Origin: Bacteriovoracia bacterium
GTDB lineage: Bacteria > Bdellovibrionota > Bacteriovoracia > Bacteriovoracales > Bacteriovoracaceae
Length of the DNA stretch: 30,935 bases
NCBI GenBank assembly: GCA_046570105.1
Contig: JBKHVI010000022.1
Coordinates: 1 to 30,935, forward strand
Reading direction: 5' to 3'
Program-made: the position numbers and the translations under genes
Part shown: positions 28,864-30,935 of the stretch, one piece after another
How positions within the stretch are numbered: position 1 is the first letter of the stretch
Layout of the letters: every line of letters starts with the position of its first letter
Notes under the pieces: model-generated
Database searches by the model: none
Told to the model about the DNA's origin: nothing
What the model saw: the letters and a program-made list of their open reading frames with translations, nothing else

Positions 28864-29409
28864 AAAAACTTTTGGTAAAGCAGAAATCCAACTACCGCGT
28901 CTTTAGCGGCATAGTTAAGCTGCACCGGAGAAAGATAACCAGCTTCCCAGTTAGTTGTCTTGGCGGCCTTAGTAAGTCGAACTCCCAGATGTTCAGCTGC
29001 GAGTGTTCTTAATCCCGGCGTGTGTCCTGGGCGAGCGAACTTCAATGCAATATCCACAAAACCTGCTGGCTCGAAGGGATGTAATTTCACTAAGGCCTTG
29101 ACGTCATCGCGAGTGGCCACTCCTGCTTTGATAATGTTTGGATCTGCTAAGAGCGGAATTAACTCGGGCATCAGATCGGCCTTACACAGTCGAAAGAGAT
29201 AAGCGGTATCAGCGGTGGCAAGTTGCAGAAGTGCCACATGATGAAATTCACCTTTCACAAAACTCGGACGTGTTTCAGTGTCAAAACCTAAAAATTTCTC
29301 TTGGCGCAGCTTCGCTACGATCTCACGAGTCTGTTCAGGTTTAACGGCAACAATGATAGGGCCCGTTAAATTCCATTTGGGGGAGGGCGTTAATTTCTTC
29401 TGGGGTCAT
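28857..29409 (-). pseudogene. 3'-5' exonuclease (DEDDy, RNase D/WRN-like) interrupted by a +1 frameshift
   Basis: ATG 29409 gives MTPEEINALPQMEFNGP, then a stop. The +1 frame continues PIIVAVK...LGFDTETRPSF..LLQLAT..DD..WE...L...QLNYAAKDA. Span 553 = 3n+1. Confidence 0.8.
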
Positions 29410-29504
29410 CAAATAGATATCTCATAAAAATGAAAGTCCGGTCACTGCAAATTCAGAAAATGAAGTGGTTATACTTTCAAGCTTAATTGCGTCGAGCGTC
29501 ATTT

Positions 29505-29536
29505 CTTAAATCTAAGTTAGTAAATTTAGATTTAAG
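29505..29536. promoter_or_regulatory. 11-bp inverted repeat in divergent promoter region
   Basis: CTTAAATCTAA-N10-TTAGATTTAAG. Confidence 0.4.
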
Positions 29537-29570
29537 TAGCGTGCAATAAAACAAAATTTAGGCAAAATTG

Positions 29571-30935
29571 ATGTCTATGAAATGTTGGGCCTTCATCTGC
29601 ATGTTTATTTTCTCAAGCGCTCTATGGGCGCAGAGTAAGCATATTCTTATCCTGCATTCCTATGACATGTCGTATGCATGGACACAAAAACTGCAACTGG
29701 GCCTGGCCTCTGAGTTGGAGAATCTGCGGGGAGAGTTTGAAATTCATGTGGAATTCTTAGACGCAAAAAAACATCGCTCACCAGAGAATTTTTCTCGTAT
29801 CGCAAACTCTATTGCCGAAAAATATGCTAAAGAACCTCTTCAATATGTCATCACGACTGATGATGACGCCTTTAATTTTTATCTCGAGTATTTCCAGCAG
29901 CTCTTTTCAAAGAGTGAGCTTTTCTTCGCAGGGATGGGGAGCTTTGATCAATCTCAATTAGGACTTCACTCCGGGAAGGTTTATGGTGTCATGGAGTATA
30001 TGCCGCTAGTTGAGAATATGCGGCTAGGCCAACGTTTACATAAAACCAAAAAAGCCTATTTTATTTCCGATGCATCAACCACGGGTAAGGCGCAGGCAAA
30101 GTTGTGGAAGAGTGAATTTGCCCTCCATCTTGCTGATATGGATATCCAATATATTTCACTAGAAGATTATACCCATGCTGAAATGCTAGCGAAGGTGGGT
30201 GAGCTCAAAGAAGGCTTTATTCTTTTGAATGTAATCGGAGAGGATAAAGATGGTGATGTGGTTGATAACCTCTACAACACCGCCCGCTTAACTCAGGTTG
30301 CGAAAATTCCTGTCTACGCTGAAAGCAGTATCCGCATGGGCCATGGCGTGATTGGGGGAATTGTTAAAGATGGTGAAATGCATGGCCAGGCCATTGCCCG
30401 TAAGTTGATCAATGTGATTCGTGGAAAATCTGTCCGAGCGATTGATCCTGCCGGAGAAACTCTGACTATTTTTGATTATCCCGTTATGAAAAAATTTGAT
30501 ATCGGGGTGAGTGACTTACCATCCAACGCTCGAGTTCTCAATCTGCCTGCTGATCACTCAAAGTTTATGGTGTCAGTGCTTCTTGGATTGATTGGTGTTT
30601 TATTGTTTGTCATGTTGATTCAGTATTATCGCAATAAGGCCCGCAAATTATTCAATCTTCGCCTTGAGAAACTTGTGGAAGTTCGTACGCAAGAACTCAA
30701 TGAGCAAGTGTTAGAGCAAAAAAGACTTCGTAAAGCGATGGTGCTTAAGGAAAAGTTAGCTTCTCTAGGACTTTTGACTGCTGGGATTGCCCATGAACTT
30801 AAGAATCCGCTTAATATTATTCTTAACTCGGCAATGGTGATTGATAAAAGATTACAGCAGCAAGGTAGTGACTCTGGTCTTGTTGAGGTCAGCAAGATGA
30901 ATCAGTTTGTAATTAAAAGTACTAAGCGCGCCGAT
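29571..30935 (+). CDS. Sensor histidine kinase (periplasmic ABC-substrate-binding-like domain, TM, HisKA), truncated by the window end
   Basis: Frame from ATG 29571: signal peptide, HILILHSYDMSYAWT, EFLDAKK, TM FMVSVLLGLIGVLLFVMLI, H-box EKLASLGLLTAGIAHELKNPLN. The H-box is in frame with the start (offset 1218). Missing from the ORF track, consistent with no stop before the edge. Confidence 0.9.
   Translation, partial: MSMKCWAFICMFIFSSALWAQSKHILILHSYDMSYAWTQKLQLGLASELENLRGEFEIHVEFLDAKKHRSPENFSRIANSIAEKYAKEPLQYVITTDDDAFNFYLEYFQQLFSKSELFFAGMGSFDQSQLGLHSGKVYGVMEYMPLVENMRLGQRLHKTKKAYFISDASTTGKAQAKLWKSEFALHLADMDIQYISLEDYTHAEMLAKVGELKEGFILLNVIGEDKDGDVVDNLYNTARLTQVAKIPVYAESSIRMGHGVIGGIVKDGEMHGQAIARKLINVIRGKSVRAIDPAGETLTIFDYPVMKKFDIGVSDLPSNARVLNLPADHSKFMVSVLLGLIGVLLFVMLIQYYRNKARKLFNLRLEKLVEVRTQELNEQVLEQKRLRKAMVLKEKLASLGLLTAGIAHELKNPLNIILNSAMVIDKRLQQQGSDSGLVEVSKMNQFVIKSTKRAD

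Overview
Bacterial chromosomal window of moderate GC with several AT-rich patches. It is very rich in secreted, lipoprotein and outer-membrane genes; the gene style suggests a predatory Bdellovibrionota (Bacteriovoracaceae-like) genome, which is inference only. Recognisable genes: katG (with a lipoprotein signal), radD/yejH, rbgA, a LamB-type porin, a DUF938 methyltransferase, an Rrf2 regulator divergent from an old-yellow-enzyme reductase, an SDR/diiron-type/M24 cluster, two toxin-antitoxin-like pairs each preceded by a large palindrome, and a truncated sensor kinase. Most striking: (1) a 282-aa lipoprotein (1361-2209) whose motif layout resembles bacterial gasdermins but which carries an export lipobox and lies downstream, on the same strand, of a metalloprotease/beta-propeller/Omp85-like gene; (2) a duplicated, shuffled envelope module (small beta-barrel + DUF3015 + DUF4105/Lnb-like, one copy with an alpha/beta-hydrolase lipoprotein); (3) a 162-bp MITE-like element with 16-bp terminal inverted repeats and TTA direct repeats; (4) two adjacent frameshifted genes near the right end. 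No CRISPR array, rRNA or complete tRNA was seen. All family assignments come from motif recognition by eye, not database searches.
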